IMG/VR virus record: IMGVR_UViG_3300026519_000001
Coordinates: 30,262-94,261 of that record
Reading direction: 5' to 3' (one strand)
DNA from: a virus
DNA: 64,000 nucleotides
Positions 10,601 to 19,909 of the stretch are shown piece by piece (within the stretch, counting starts at the first letter, position 1; each line of letters opens with the position of its first letter). A program made the position numbers and the translations under genes. The notes below the pieces were generated by a model. The model saw only the letters and a program-made list of their open reading frames with translations. It was not told where the DNA came from and ran no database searches.

Positions 10601-11805
10601 ATAGCATCGTGTTCATCTTCAATAGCATTATAAAAATCTTGTAAGGATATAGTATTTGCAGGTGGCATATCATTTAATCCAGTGGAATGAAAAACATTGT
10701 AATCTTGATATGTTGAATTATGATGCTTTACAGTTGTTGTCCATCTATATTGACCTATAGTACCTAAATAAAGTCTGGTAAAACTATATGCTCTTGCATC
10801 GTAATCAACATCAAATTTATTAGTTTTATAATTAGCATAAAATAAATGCCCATCTTTATTAAGAATATGTTTTGGAATAATATTTTGTGTAGCTATTATA
10901 TTAAATTCAGATTGAGCAATTTCCGATATAATAACATTGCTATCAGTAATTTGCAATGTATCAGAATTATTCTCATTCTCATAAATAAGAGATATTCTTG
11001 GTATTTGATCTAAAGAAGAATAAAAAATAGAATAAACTCGAATATAATCAAATTTTTGATCTATCTCATCTATAAGAATTATAGGAGATTTTGATACAGG
11101 ACTATCTAAAGGAGAGCCTTTCAAGTCATTATTAAGAGCTACAAGTTTAGATAATGGTGATACTTTGGTTTGTGCACCATACTTATAATATAAATTATAA
11201 GTATACTGAATCATACCTGCTTGATGTGCTCCTCCTGAACCATAACCTATTATTTGAGGATTCTTTTCTATTACAGAAGGTGTTATTGTTATTTCACTAG
11301 GTGATTTATTTAATAATGAAGGATCTAATATATTAATAACTCTTACCTCATTTTCACCATCAACCCAATATACTTTTTCCGCTTCATTATTTTCCTTTAT
11401 CCCCACAGATTCTATTTGGCTTTCGTACGTAAACCCTAATTCGTCTATATAAGCTAAATTTATTTCATAGAAATTAGAAGATGTTTCTTCCATAACCCAT
11501 ACACAATCTACTTCCTCGTTAGTTGTAAACAATACAACTTTTTTATCAGTAATAATTTCTGAATGAATTATTTTTACATTTATAATTGGAAATGTTACTG
11601 CAGATAATAATTTGTTAGTAGGGTTAACTGTTAAAATGGGTATAGACAATACTAATTCATTTCCTTTTTGATTAGTAACAGTTCCAAATTCTTCATTTGT
11701 TATTACTCTAATATTATTACCTTCCCAATAAAATGTATTAGAATGCTTAGATTTACTAACATCCTGATTCATTTTTTGATAAGTATATGTAGCTCTTTCT
11801 TGCAT
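7663..11805 (-). CDS. Tail muzzle / tail stabilization protein (1380 aa)
   Basis: Size, VYWVDG.N..R.IN, SLKRGERYR, QYGGNTY and FGDTF motifs, and position after ring and IHF genes as in Crassvirales. Confidence 0.8.
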   Translation of the reverse strand: MQERATYTYQKMNQDVSKSKHSNTFYWEGNNIRVITNEEFGTVTNQKGNELVLSIPILTVNPTNKLLSAVTFPIINVKIIHSEIITDKKVVLFTTNEEVDCVWVMEETSSNFYEINLAYIDELGFTYESQIESVGIKENNEAEKVYWVDGENEVRVINILDPSLLNKSPSEITITPSVIEKNPQIIGYGSGGAHQAGMIQYTYNLYYKYGAQTKVSPLSKLVALNNDLKGSPLDSPVSKSPIILIDEIDQKFDYIRVYSIFYSSLDQIPRISLIYENENNSDTLQITDSNVIISEIAQSEFNIIATQNIIPKHILNKDGHLFYANYKTNKFDVDYDARAYSFTRLYLGTIGQYRWTTTVKHHNSTYQDYNVFHSTGLNDMPPANTISLQDFYNAIEDEHDAIIDDPSAVYRLGEVQYLPDDVARNAIGGIGPNVEYWVRYKQKSLNTIFESNSDTSLKRGERYRVALVFKNNNGEESFAKWIADLKIPAANEKEYLNLINSSNEAELAYIEVKVNNMPAEAVSYRLVIVERKEYDKTVKGQGLVNPCVFQQNDYKDIAIFPVGSNLEKLYSIPLTRTFRVDPNTTNPINPILDGPTGASYPDTYRGEKFQKPQAFNRNSAAGTIYPDRGDIIPEIDSAGTYIGNAYASKIHFNIISPEFIFNQSKLAVGDDYKIRVVGFQKNTNSYSKADFYTAYSSASNNKDEPVELRKSYELDAKNAEVFQYTVDDPVQNDSDANVDRWFKNEGGGGYFLLGDIRNDFERASDSVRLNRYEFKKVFYKRKFGSVLLHSSRNGFEVSNLSTDKTVAFIPPIEADVSVQTKEGEDFDADPQILIDTTVIYTPLVDMDFETKFTYYSGSQLFFTSEDLWDNSLALWEDVSTPDDDYALIVEFYNDDIPQYGGNTYADRQRNVYVPYSELELVSVSNINGKFGDTFIQESPLLRIFENNAGSSEVEATISEIVDFVCESSVNSNMRYDILESKNTGEALDENNAYGYNSVYEQQNIINKAISKPFNFTSQNVFSDEIIASPIKLLGEQIDNWTSISVNDKITLETEHGEITGLVKLRNVMFAFQRSAVSYLSINPRVQLSTSDNVPILLGSGELLQRYDYISTNSGTLHPKSITSVESGVFYFDILNNSINRIASQNEEISLTKGLYNYTKEYTNNNYNNLLKGVEGVSTLNFNNVVSYYDNRFKDIYFSFLTDDDSFTVSYNLIADGFTSFYDFKPYIYFNINSKMFTANHGQFTDDIWEHDKGFYNTFYDVYYSSKIKLLMNDKPSSDKIIDNINYITDTKLISDNVDKFNITFNNIKVDTSYQTSGNKELIYGSNVRRKFREFNITLPREESTRNRIRAPWALIELEFNHSEEDYKFTLYDITFSYTIN

Positions 11806-11807
11806 AA

Positions 11808-12539
11808 CTATATACTGTTTCTACGTAAATACTCTTGAGATCCATGGTTAGTAAAGAAGCTTCCATGTTGTAAAGGTTTTAATATCAATCTACTAAAAGC
11901 ATTGGAAAATGATTCTGCCTCATCTATTGTTTTTAATTGCCCAGCTGTTTGTGCAGCAGCTACATACCAAGCCCACTCTTGCTCAGCGTGATTATATACT
12001 TTATCAGGCAACTTCCCAAGCACCCACATAGTATAATAATGTTGTAACTGTATATAGGCTATACAAGCCTTCTCGAATTTGATATTATCTGGAACTTGCG
12101 GCAAGCCTAAATCATCTAATACTAAACCTCTATATACCATAAAAACCTCACCATCAGATACATCAGCATGAATATAATGGTTATTTAAACTATATGTAAA
12201 TTCACTAATTTGATTAAAATCAGGAGATCCTAATTTGTGGTATTTTGAATGCATAGTACTTGAAGCATATCTCATAGCTACGTAATTAGATTTGCCTTTG
12301 CTATCAACACCTGTTTTCCAAAGAGTTTGGTCGATATAAACTAAATCATTTGGAAGAGTTCCTCTAAAATCTTTTATTTTTATAACACAATCTTTTATTT
12401 CATAAGAATTTGGAGCGCCTATTAATTTTATGGCATCTCCTATATATTGTGCTAAGTCAGATTCATTAATGCTTTGCATTAAAGGATTGATTAATACTCG
12501 ATTAATTATATGCTTAACTGATTTAAATTTTCCATTCAT
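11808..12539 (-). CDS. Tail ring (tubular) protein
   Basis: crAss synteny; I.DFRG.LP.D and Y.GL.LDD.GLP.VPD motifs. Confidence 0.7.
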   Translation of the reverse strand: MNGKFKSVKHIINRVLINPLMQSINESDLAQYIGDAIKLIGAPNSYEIKDCVIKIKDFRGTLPNDLVYIDQTLWKTGVDSKGKSNYVAMRYASSTMHSKYHKLGSPDFNQISEFTYSLNNHYIHADVSDGEVFMVYRGLVLDDLGLPQVPDNIKFEKACIAYIQLQHYYTMWVLGKLPDKVYNHAEQEWAWYVAAAQTAGQLKTIDEAESFSNAFSRLILKPLQHGSFFTNHGSQEYLRRNSI

Positions 12540-13063
12540 AATATGTAGGCATCTATGTTATATTCTTTTGTTGCTATATTAATTAACTGCTTTATATTTC
12601 TAATAGGTGTAAATGTATAGACACCTTTATTTTTATAATTAGCAGAAGAAACATTGTATTTTAATACAAAAATATATCCTTTTGTATGCTTGTTTAAATG
12701 ACGAACTAGTATCTTCTTTTTCTTTGCTTCAGGATCTCTTTCCCATAATTCAGCAGTTTTTTTAAAGTCAGGAGGATAATGATTAGTTAATATATTATTA
12801 TGCATCTTTAACCTAGGCTTAAACTTCCGCATAGAAATTACACCAAGTCTATAAGGTAATTTAAATTCAAAATTTTTCATCACTATTTTTTCTCCAATAG
12901 CTGCATTGTAATCATTACATATATTTCTAAATTCAGATCTTGTTACATTATATTTTGTGTTTTTATGATATTCTTTTTTATAGAAATTAAAATAATCTGG
13001 CAACCCAAAACCAGGTCTTATTTTATTTTTTTTATTTTTTCTGCTGTTGTCCATTATTACCAT
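12536..13063 (-). CDS. IHF/HU-like DNA-binding protein
   Basis: Basic protein with FKLPYRLGVISMRK beta-arm; conserved crAss gene between two ring genes. Confidence 0.65.
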   Translation of the reverse strand: MVIMDNSRKNKKNKIRPGFGLPDYFNFYKKEYHKNTKYNVTRSEFRNICNDYNAAIGEKIVMKNFEFKLPYRLGVISMRKFKPRLKMHNNILTNHYPPDFKKTAELWERDPEAKKKKILVRHLNKHTKGYIFVLKYNVSSANYKNKGVYTFTPIRNIKQLINIATKEYNIDAYIL

Positions 13064-13745
13064 TTAATATTGTTGCATCATCAGCACTATTATTTTCTTG
13101 ATCTGTTGGCAATATTTTTAAACTAGCTAGCTCTTGAATAATTTCTAAAATAACTATATCAGCAATTTGTTTTTTTAATGGATAATTAAATGTTCTTATA
13201 TTTTGATCTGAATTAACAGAATCATATTTTAATTGATCCATTGGTCTTTCAAACACAGCTGAAAAAGATATTTCATCGTATGCTCTTTCCTCTCCACTAG
13301 AGGATTTTAAATGAAGATACCTATCCCCATCAATCATTCCAAATATTTGGTCCACATCGTAATCACCTGAACCAGAGTAAATGAATCTTTTTCTAGAAAC
13401 TATATTTATTGGTCTTTCAAACTTACCTACTGTTGCAATTCTTTCAATCATATTCCTATGGTCAAGCCCAATAACCATAGGAAGCCTGATGGTTGACCTA
13501 GTAGTATCACTTTCAGATTCGTATTTAGATGGCATATCTGAGCTATCAATTTCTTCTAAAGATAGTATGATAGTTTGTACTAATTGCTCATCCACAGGTC
13601 TTTGAATATTATTATACTCTCTTCTAATATATTTAGTTCTTTTATTATCAACTAAAAACATAAGATAATCATTAGTATACTTAGTATCATCAACATACTC
13701 TTTTAAACCCTCTCTTATTGCAAATATAATTTCTAATCCTGTCAT
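13032..13745 (-). CDS. Tail ring protein
   Basis: Synteny and size; C-terminal YP...I...I...L..LK.LP.D..NNS.DD pattern. Confidence 0.6.
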   Translation of the reverse strand: MTGLEIIFAIREGLKEYVDDTKYTNDYLMFLVDNKRTKYIRREYNNIQRPVDEQLVQTIILSLEEIDSSDMPSKYESESDTTRSTIRLPMVIGLDHRNMIERIATVGKFERPINIVSRKRFIYSGSGDYDVDQIFGMIDGDRYLHLKSSSGEERAYDEISFSAVFERPMDQLKYDSVNSDQNIRTFNYPLKKQIADIVILEIIQELASLKILPTDQENNSADDATILNGNNGQQQKK

Positions 13746-13748
13746 GTT

Positions 13749-14924
13749 TTATAAATTTATTATGGATTCGGAAATAATCCCTGTATCTAAATTCAATATT
13801 TCATATGCAGTACCTGCATTAGTCATTTCAAAATTAGTAAGTATCCAATCTGTTGTTCCCATCATGGATGGAACTGTTTTATAACACTCTATATTTTTAC
13901 AAGGTGCTATGCAATATTGATGTAAATCACCTTTAATCATTCTTATCCTAGCATTTCTAGGAATTGATTTTCTCTTTAAAAATGCTTCTATAAATGATTC
14001 TGTTTGGGGATTTGGAAACAAAGGAAAACCTTTAAACCTATTCTCTTTATCTTTACCATGTGACAATACATAATGAATATCTTCGTGCTCAATAGACCCA
14101 ATAAAATCAGGAAAATTAACTACTGACACGTCAGGATATACACCTTCTACATAAGCCATTAATGCCCTTTTACAAACATAACCAAAATCACCATCGTGAT
14201 TTGCATTTGTAACTTCCCACATTTGGTATTTTTCGGCAGCTCCACTATTAAATAAATTATCAAAAAAAATTTTATGCTCTCTAAAGTAAACCTCAAAAGC
14301 CTCTATATTATTCATATTTTGTTTTAACTTATGTGTTCTACTTACAGTAAGGCTATCCATGCCATCTAAAGCATCTCCCAAATCAGCTATTGTAATTGTT
14401 TTAAATGCACCATAGTTACTAACCAAATCATAAATATGATATAATACTTTATTCATCCTCTTAGAAAACTCTTTAGCATTATAAATGTTATCTTGACTTC
14501 CTATGCTTCCTATATGTTTATCAGACATCCACACTTTTAAATCTAAATTATTTGAAGATGTTACTGGTGGTATATCTTTCGTTGAAATTTCAGATTTAAC
14601 TATTTCAGAAAAAATTTCACTATAATTAACAACATTATCTTCCTCCTCAGAAACTTCTGGTTTTAAAGACATTAACCATTCACCACTAGCACTTTGCCAT
14701 TTAGACTTAATTACAAATCCTTCTGGAGCAGTTTTTATAATAACATCATCTATTTGTTTTTTATTTTTTTCTTTTTTTAATAACCTAGCTTCAGCCAATG
14801 CTAACTTACAATCTTCATATTCGACATCTATACCAATCTTATTAAATCTTAAAAGCAATTGTTCTGGGCTCTTCTTTAAATAACCTGGTTTCTTTTTTAA
14901 AAACTCTATTAATGTATTAATCAT
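13749..14924 (-). CDS. Calcineurin-like metallophosphoesterase
   Basis: Ordered motifs SDKHIG, DLGDALDG, NHDG, HG, GDLH. Confidence 0.7.
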   Translation of the reverse strand: MINTLIEFLKKKPGYLKKSPEQLLLRFNKIGIDVEYEDCKLALAEARLLKKEKNKKQIDDVIIKTAPEGFVIKSKWQSASGEWLMSLKPEVSEEEDNVVNYSEIFSEIVKSEISTKDIPPVTSSNNLDLKVWMSDKHIGSIGSQDNIYNAKEFSKRMNKVLYHIYDLVSNYGAFKTITIADLGDALDGMDSLTVSRTHKLKQNMNNIEAFEVYFREHKIFFDNLFNSGAAEKYQMWEVTNANHDGDFGYVCKRALMAYVEGVYPDVSVVNFPDFIGSIEHEDIHYVLSHGKDKENRFKGFPLFPNPQTESFIEAFLKRKSIPRNARIRMIKGDLHQYCIAPCKNIECYKTVPSMMGTTDWILTNFEMTNAGTAYEILNLDTGIISESIINL

Positions 14925-15637
14925 ATTCCTCCTGTAATTAATTTTCTTATTAATTTTACTATAAATTGCATTAATCCTTGTATTTTACTTCCTAATAAAT
15001 ATACTAAAGCTATAATAGGAACTACAAATAAAAACCAAAACTTTTTATCTTGCCAAAAGTTTTTTCTAATATTAATTTTATTTGTTGTAATAGATTTCTC
15101 TATAACTATGAAGCCTTCTTTAGTTTTAACATTCATTTGTAATACACCATTTTTAATAGTATATGGAATAATGAATTTATAATTTTCATATATACCTTCT
15201 ATATTTTCAAGATATGATAACTCTGTATATTTTTGAAATAATGTATCTGATTTAATTTTATATTCTTTTACTATTTTTTTTATTTTAGTTAATTGTAACT
15301 TTGTAACGGGATTATCTTTTATAACAATATTTACTATTGAATCTACTTTATTAAAACTTTTTGAAGTGTTATCAATAAGCTCATTATTAATACTGTCTAA
15401 ACTTTTAGTGTCTTGTAATATCAAATTAACTTGCAAGCTATCAGAAGCTATTTGTATTGTATCATATACAATCATAGTAAAAGCATCTGTAACCAATTCA
15501 GGATATTTTTCAATTTGATTATTAATACCCTTATCAAATAAAATAATTTTATTTTCTGCTTTATTAATATTTTTTGCGGTTTTTAAAGAGACGCAAGATG
15601 TAATAAATAACAATAAAATTATTAATACTATTTTCAT
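14921..15637 (-). CDS. Probable unimolecular spanin (u-spanin)
   Basis: N-terminal lipoprotein signal MKIVLIILLLFITS-C plus C-terminal TM helix FWFLFVVPIIALVYLLG; lies in the lysis cassette. Confidence 0.6.
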   Translation of the reverse strand: MKIVLIILLLFITSCVSLKTAKNINKAENKIILFDKGINNQIEKYPELVTDAFTMIVYDTIQIASDSLQVNLILQDTKSLDSINNELIDNTSKSFNKVDSIVNIVIKDNPVTKLQLTKIKKIVKEYKIKSDTLFQKYTELSYLENIEGIYENYKFIIPYTIKNGVLQMNVKTKEGFIVIEKSITTNKINIRKNFWQDKKFWFLFVVPIIALVYLLGSKIQGLMQFIVKLIRKLITGGI

Positions 15638-15963
15638 TTAATTTTATGTTTAACTCCCTCTATCATAATTTTTATAAGCTCATATAATCCTTGAAATATT
15701 ATACCTCCAAAAGCACCCTTAATAAAAGAAACAGGAACGGTATAAAGAACTCCAGGTAATACAGTATCATTAGGGGTTATAAATAACAAACCTAATGAAG
15801 AAATAAGTGTAAAAACCCAATCATCCCATGTGAGAGATATATAACGCTTAAAATTAAATTTTTGATGTAATTTATCTGATTTATTTTTATCTTTTTGAAA
15901 CATAAAAAAATTAAAGGTTAACCAACCAAGTATACAGATAATAAAATCAGATATTTGTAACAT
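15634..15963 (-). CDS. Holin-like membrane protein
   Basis: 109 aa, about three hydrophobic segments, near the endolysin. Confidence 0.5.
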   Translation of the reverse strand: MLQISDFIICILGWLTFNFFMFQKDKNKSDKLHQKFNFKRYISLTWDDWVFTLISSLGLLFITPNDTVLPGVLYTVPVSFIKGAFGGIIFQGLYELIKIMIEGVKHKIK

Positions 15964-16375
15964 ATTCTTTTAATTGAATTTGAAGTTTTAAAATTTTTTG
16001 CTCTAATTCTATAATTTGTTTGGATTTATTACCATCAAGTATTCTTAATCTTAAATTTTCATCTTTTAACTCTTCTATTTCTTTAGCTAGACTTTCTCTC
16101 TCCTTGTTATGCTCACCTTCTTTTTTTTGTAATTTTTTTACTTGTAATATTAATTTATCAATTTTATTTTCATGTGCATTAATTGATTTTTGTAAAGCTT
16201 CTACCATTTCTAAGGAAGCCCCAACTAAAATTGATCCCGCTTCTGCGTTGGCTCTATTAGCATCTGCTTTAAATTTTTTTTGCAAAGCCTTAAATGTAAT
16301 AACACCACCTAGCAAACCACTAAAAAGAGGAATCACAAGTTGACCGTATTCAATTAAAGTTGAGTAATCTTCCAT
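15947..16375 (-). CDS. Single-TM coiled-coil lysis-cassette protein (holin/antiholin-like)
   Basis: N-terminal TM (LVIPLFSGLLGGVITF) followed by long heptad coiled coil; directly after the endolysin. Confidence 0.45.
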   Translation of the reverse strand: MEDYSTLIEYGQLVIPLFSGLLGGVITFKALQKKFKADANRANAEAGSILVGASLEMVEALQKSINAHENKIDKLILQVKKLQKKEGEHNKERESLAKEIEELKDENLRLRILDGNKSKQIIELEQKILKLQIQLKEYVTNI

Positions 16376-16390
16376 AGTATATTATAAATT

Positions 16391-16831
16391 TTATTTATTT
16401 GTTAATTCAAAATGCGGTAAATCTTGTAGATTTTGATCGTACAATAACTCTCCATCACCATCCCAATTTGCACCCCAACGCACTTTGTGTGATATTAATC
16501 CGTCATTTAATAGCTTATTAGCTACCGTGAGAATTACCCCTCCAATGTAAGCTAAGTGCATCTTGTCATAAGCCAATTTAGGTTTGCCAGAAACATAAAC
16601 ATATATATCAAATGCTTTTGAAGGAGAAAAATTATGCTTTCCTTTTTTACTTATACCATCTATTCTACTGTATCCTTTATCATAAAGTTCTTTTTGCCTT
16701 TTTAAAGTTCTATGACCTTCACCAATCCCAAAATCTACAGTACTAATCTTAAGTGATTCATGTGCTATCAACTGCAAATCATCTTCACATGTAGATAATT
16801 TTTTTAAACTATTTTTACCAAATTTAAACAT
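16391..16831 (-). CDS. Endolysin, peptidase M15 (L-Ala-D-Glu peptidase, T5-lysin-like)
   Basis: GHRT..RQ..LY..G, KH.....AFDI, WG.NW and D.PHFEL zinc-peptidase motifs. Confidence 0.88.
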   Translation of the reverse strand: MFKFGKNSLKKLSTCEDDLQLIAHESLKISTVDFGIGEGHRTLKRQKELYDKGYSRIDGISKKGKHNFSPSKAFDIYVYVSGKPKLAYDKMHLAYIGGVILTVANKLLNDGLISHKVRWGANWDGDGELLYDQNLQDLPHFELTNK

Positions 16832-17136
16832 TATATTAAATTTTTAATTAATTTTTGATAATTTATTAAATTCTCATCTAAAATAGCATATCTTACATTT
16901 TCTTGAAACTCAACTAGTGCAATGGCTTCTGCATCTTCAAGGTCAACATGATCAACATCTTTTTTAACTTGAGCCTCTTTTACTTTTTTAAGGATAGTCA
17001 TTCTCATCATTTGTGTATTCAAATCTCCTAGTCCATCTTTCCCAGGTGTATTGACTGCCTGTATTATCAAGTCAAAATAAGAAGCTTTTTTATCAATTCC
17101 TTCTAAATCAAATTCTACATTTTTTAAATTTTTCAT
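16831..17136 (-). CDS. Hypothetical protein (possible fibre chaperone)
   Basis: 101-aa ORF between the tail spike and the endolysin. Confidence 0.4.
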   Translation of the reverse strand: MKNLKNVEFDLEGIDKKASYFDLIIQAVNTPGKDGLGDLNTQMMRMTILKKVKEAQVKKDVDHVDLEDAEAIALVEFQENVRYAILDENLINYQKLIKNLI

Positions 17137-17159
17137 ATTCTTTTTTTTAAATTGTTTTG

Positions 17160-17167
17160 CAAATATA
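17160..17167 (-). promoter_or_regulatory. Bacteroidota-type -7 promoter element (TATATTTG) upstream of the lysis cassette
   Basis: Matches the TAnnTTTG consensus, with a TTG about 17 nt upstream; intergenic. Confidence 0.55.
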
Positions 17168-17219
17168 AATATATATATCTATAAAACAAGAAAACCTCTA
17201 TTTTTATTATTAAAATATT

Positions 17220-19370
17220 TTAATTATTATTCATCCAAGTCCATACATTAGACTGCTCAGAAGGTAATGTCTCTACTTTCTTTAAGAATGTATATTTTAC
17301 GCTGCCACCATAAGCATTTAAGCTATTTGTTTGTGCGCCTAATCTTCCATTACCTCCACCTGTATTTGACGTTGGTAAGTTAACTACTGTTTCTGCGAGC
17401 AAAACAACATTAGAATCATTTCTTACCTCAATAGTACTTGTAGCTCCATTCAAGTAAAGTCTAATTCTATAAGTTATCCCAGTTGCTAAAGTAATTCCTA
17501 ATCCAACATTAGCCCATCTAAGCTCACCCCCTGATTGTGTCCTTAAGGTAATAGAAGAACTCAACGCAAATATCACTTGAAAATTAGTATTATCTGGTGT
17601 AAATTCCATCCAAAGCTCGTAATCAGTAGTATAAGCATTCCCAGGCATTGTTAATTGTTGCAGGGCTGCTCTGTCAAAATCAACCAAACCTGCATTATAA
17701 GTTGGTATATTTTGTCCAGCTTCACGAGCCAAATTAGCCCCAGTACCTTCATTTGTCCAAAATTCATTTGTAGCCAAATCAACCGCTCCACTAGGTCTAA
17801 TAGCAATGTCCCAAGCAATATCCGTAAATGGGCTAAATGGTGCTGCGGCTATTGCTCCTGTGTAAGGACTAATAGAAGTGCTACCAGTCATTGGAATATC
17901 ATTTACAGGAATAACCTCGCATTGAATAAATTTTGTTTCGTCTTCTGAAACTAAAAGATAAGTTGAAGCAGTTGCGCCAACTATTGCTATCCTGTTTAAT
18001 CCTGCTATATCATCTGATCTAAACCATTGGTAAATCACAGAATCAATAGTTGCGCCTGCTCCTGCATCGCCCCCTATAACATTAGCTGTTAAAATCTCTC
18101 CTTTTTGTTCTGTTCCTGTGATATTAACAGAAGTATAACTAGCCAAGATAGGGTCAAAGCACAAATAGCCGAATCCTCTATTATAATGATAGGCATTATT
18201 AATTCTACCCAAAGAATCAAAAGTTGGATTCATTGCAGGGTGATTAGAAGGAACAAATATATTGCCTCCTCCATCTATTAGACTATATGTTAACTTGTCT
18301 ATTCTGCTGTCTTCAAATAAAGTTAAGTAATTATCTGAAATTATACAGTTTCTAACTTCAATATCACATATATCTAAAAATACTTGCAATAATGATGTTT
18401 GTGTGTTTGTCGTTGCTATTTTAAGTATGCAAGAATCAAATATTTTTTTCTTGTTTCCTTTTATGGTTGAATTTGGATACCAATCTCTTGCCTCTGCATT
18501 TCCTAAGTAAAGATGTTCTTCCGCTTCAAAAAAGCAGTTAAAGTAACTCATCCCGTCTGTATTTTCTAAAAGAGCATAAGCATTCCCGAGTGTTCCAAAA
18601 CTTTGGAACATGGAATTTCTAATTACTCCACTACAATCCTGAATTTGCAATGCTCTATTTTGTGAGAGTTCATCTTCCCAACCTGCATCTAATCCAGTAA
18701 AATGATTAATATCAAGATTTTCACAATGGCTAAACTGCACTGATTCTCTTCCTGAGTGATTCGAAAAAATATGGTGAAGTCTTACATTCCTTAAGTTATG
18801 ATAAACAGTTCCATTTACCTGACCAAAATAAAGGCTCTCACCAATTACATTCGAAAATCGTGAAAAACTAATATCTACGTCATAAGGTGCTACTCCTGCA
18901 TTATTATCCGTTTTACTTCTAAAGCCACTAAATCCATTAATATTATCACCTTCAAAATCAGCGTTCTGAATCTTAACATTTCCGCTAGAAATTTCCCATA
19001 CAAATACGTGGTCTCCGTAAAAATACATATCGTAAAACTCGATATTTTCACTTGTATTACCTCGTAAAGCACCTTGATTAGCTACTGTTCCGTCTCCTAT
19101 TTGTGTTAACTTTGGATTGGATGTTCCCCCTGCTCCTTTAAATCTTATAGGAGTAGGGATGCTGCCGACTAATCCAACTATCATAACTCTAGGTGCGTGT
19201 GTTCCTACTCCTAAAATAACATCAGTATTACCTGCTAAATCAGCAGTTTCTATTTGAGTATCGGTTGGGGTTATTGTGGTAGTAGTTCCAAAAGAAGGTG
19301 CATCAGGGATGGTTTCATAAAGCAAACTTGGTGTTGTTGTATTTAATATATATGGATTTATAATTATCAT
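17220..19370 (-). CDS. Tail spike / receptor-binding protein: parallel beta-helix, Ig-like and lectin-like domains
   Basis: Beta-helix-type repeats (GESLYFG, GRESVQF), an Ig-like YQWFR...GATASTY...I.CEV.P segment, and a C-terminal LamG-like GRLGA...YGGSV segment. Confidence 0.6.
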   Translation of the reverse strand: MIIINPYILNTTTPSLLYETIPDAPSFGTTTTITPTDTQIETADLAGNTDVILGVGTHAPRVMIVGLVGSIPTPIRFKGAGGTSNPKLTQIGDGTVANQGALRGNTSENIEFYDMYFYGDHVFVWEISSGNVKIQNADFEGDNINGFSGFRSKTDNNAGVAPYDVDISFSRFSNVIGESLYFGQVNGTVYHNLRNVRLHHIFSNHSGRESVQFSHCENLDINHFTGLDAGWEDELSQNRALQIQDCSGVIRNSMFQSFGTLGNAYALLENTDGMSYFNCFFEAEEHLYLGNAEARDWYPNSTIKGNKKKIFDSCILKIATTNTQTSLLQVFLDICDIEVRNCIISDNYLTLFEDSRIDKLTYSLIDGGGNIFVPSNHPAMNPTFDSLGRINNAYHYNRGFGYLCFDPILASYTSVNITGTEQKGEILTANVIGGDAGAGATIDSVIYQWFRSDDIAGLNRIAIVGATASTYLLVSEDETKFIQCEVIPVNDIPMTGSTSISPYTGAIAAAPFSPFTDIAWDIAIRPSGAVDLATNEFWTNEGTGANLAREAGQNIPTYNAGLVDFDRAALQQLTMPGNAYTTDYELWMEFTPDNTNFQVIFALSSSITLRTQSGGELRWANVGLGITLATGITYRIRLYLNGATSTIEVRNDSNVVLLAETVVNLPTSNTGGGNGRLGAQTNSLNAYGGSVKYTFLKKVETLPSEQSNVWTWMNNN

Positions 19371-19373
19371 AGT

Positions 19374-19880
19374 CTAGTTTTTAACTACATATAAAATAAT
19401 TTTAAGCCCAGCACCTGGTATAGTTGACCCAACTTGATCTATATCAATTGTTATTTCGTCATTATCAATAAAAATTGTATCTGATATAACAACTGGTGTT
19501 GAAGCAGTTATAGATGTTTTTTCATTAATATTAATGCTTAATTTAGTAGACAATATTGAAGTTCCATTTTTATTAATATCAACTATTAAATCGCTACCTG
19601 TTGGAGCTGTATTTAGAGATCCTCTAATATTTAATAATTTATACCCATAAGGTAATCTAAATGTAAACTTATTAGTACCTACACTAATATTTGTTGTTTC
19701 ATCACTAACTGCTATTATAAGCTCTTCATTATTTGATAAGACATTCCATGTATCACCATCAAAAAACTTATATGCATTTATAGTGGTATTGAAATATATT
19801 AATCCTGCTTTTTTTATAACTGGATCAATAGATCTTTTTGGTATTGGTAATCCATCTAATGTTGCTCCGTATTGTGCCAT
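19374..19880 (-). CDS. Tail fibre tip/adaptor protein (start refined to MAQYGATL)
   Basis: C-terminal SDETT...FRLPY...DINKNGTSI...DEITIDIDQVGSTIPGAGLK domain typical of phage fibre ends. The longer start overlaps the upstream gene. Confidence 0.55.
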   Translation of the reverse strand: MAQYGATLDGLPIPKRSIDPVIKKAGLIYFNTTINAYKFFDGDTWNVLSNNEELIIAVSDETTNISVGTNKFTFRLPYGYKLLNIRGSLNTAPTGSDLIVDINKNGTSILSTKLSININEKTSITASTPVVISDTIFIDNDEITIDIDQVGSTIPGAGLKIILYVVKN

Positions 19881-19909
19881 ATTTTTTATTTTATTTATTA
19901 TAAATATTT

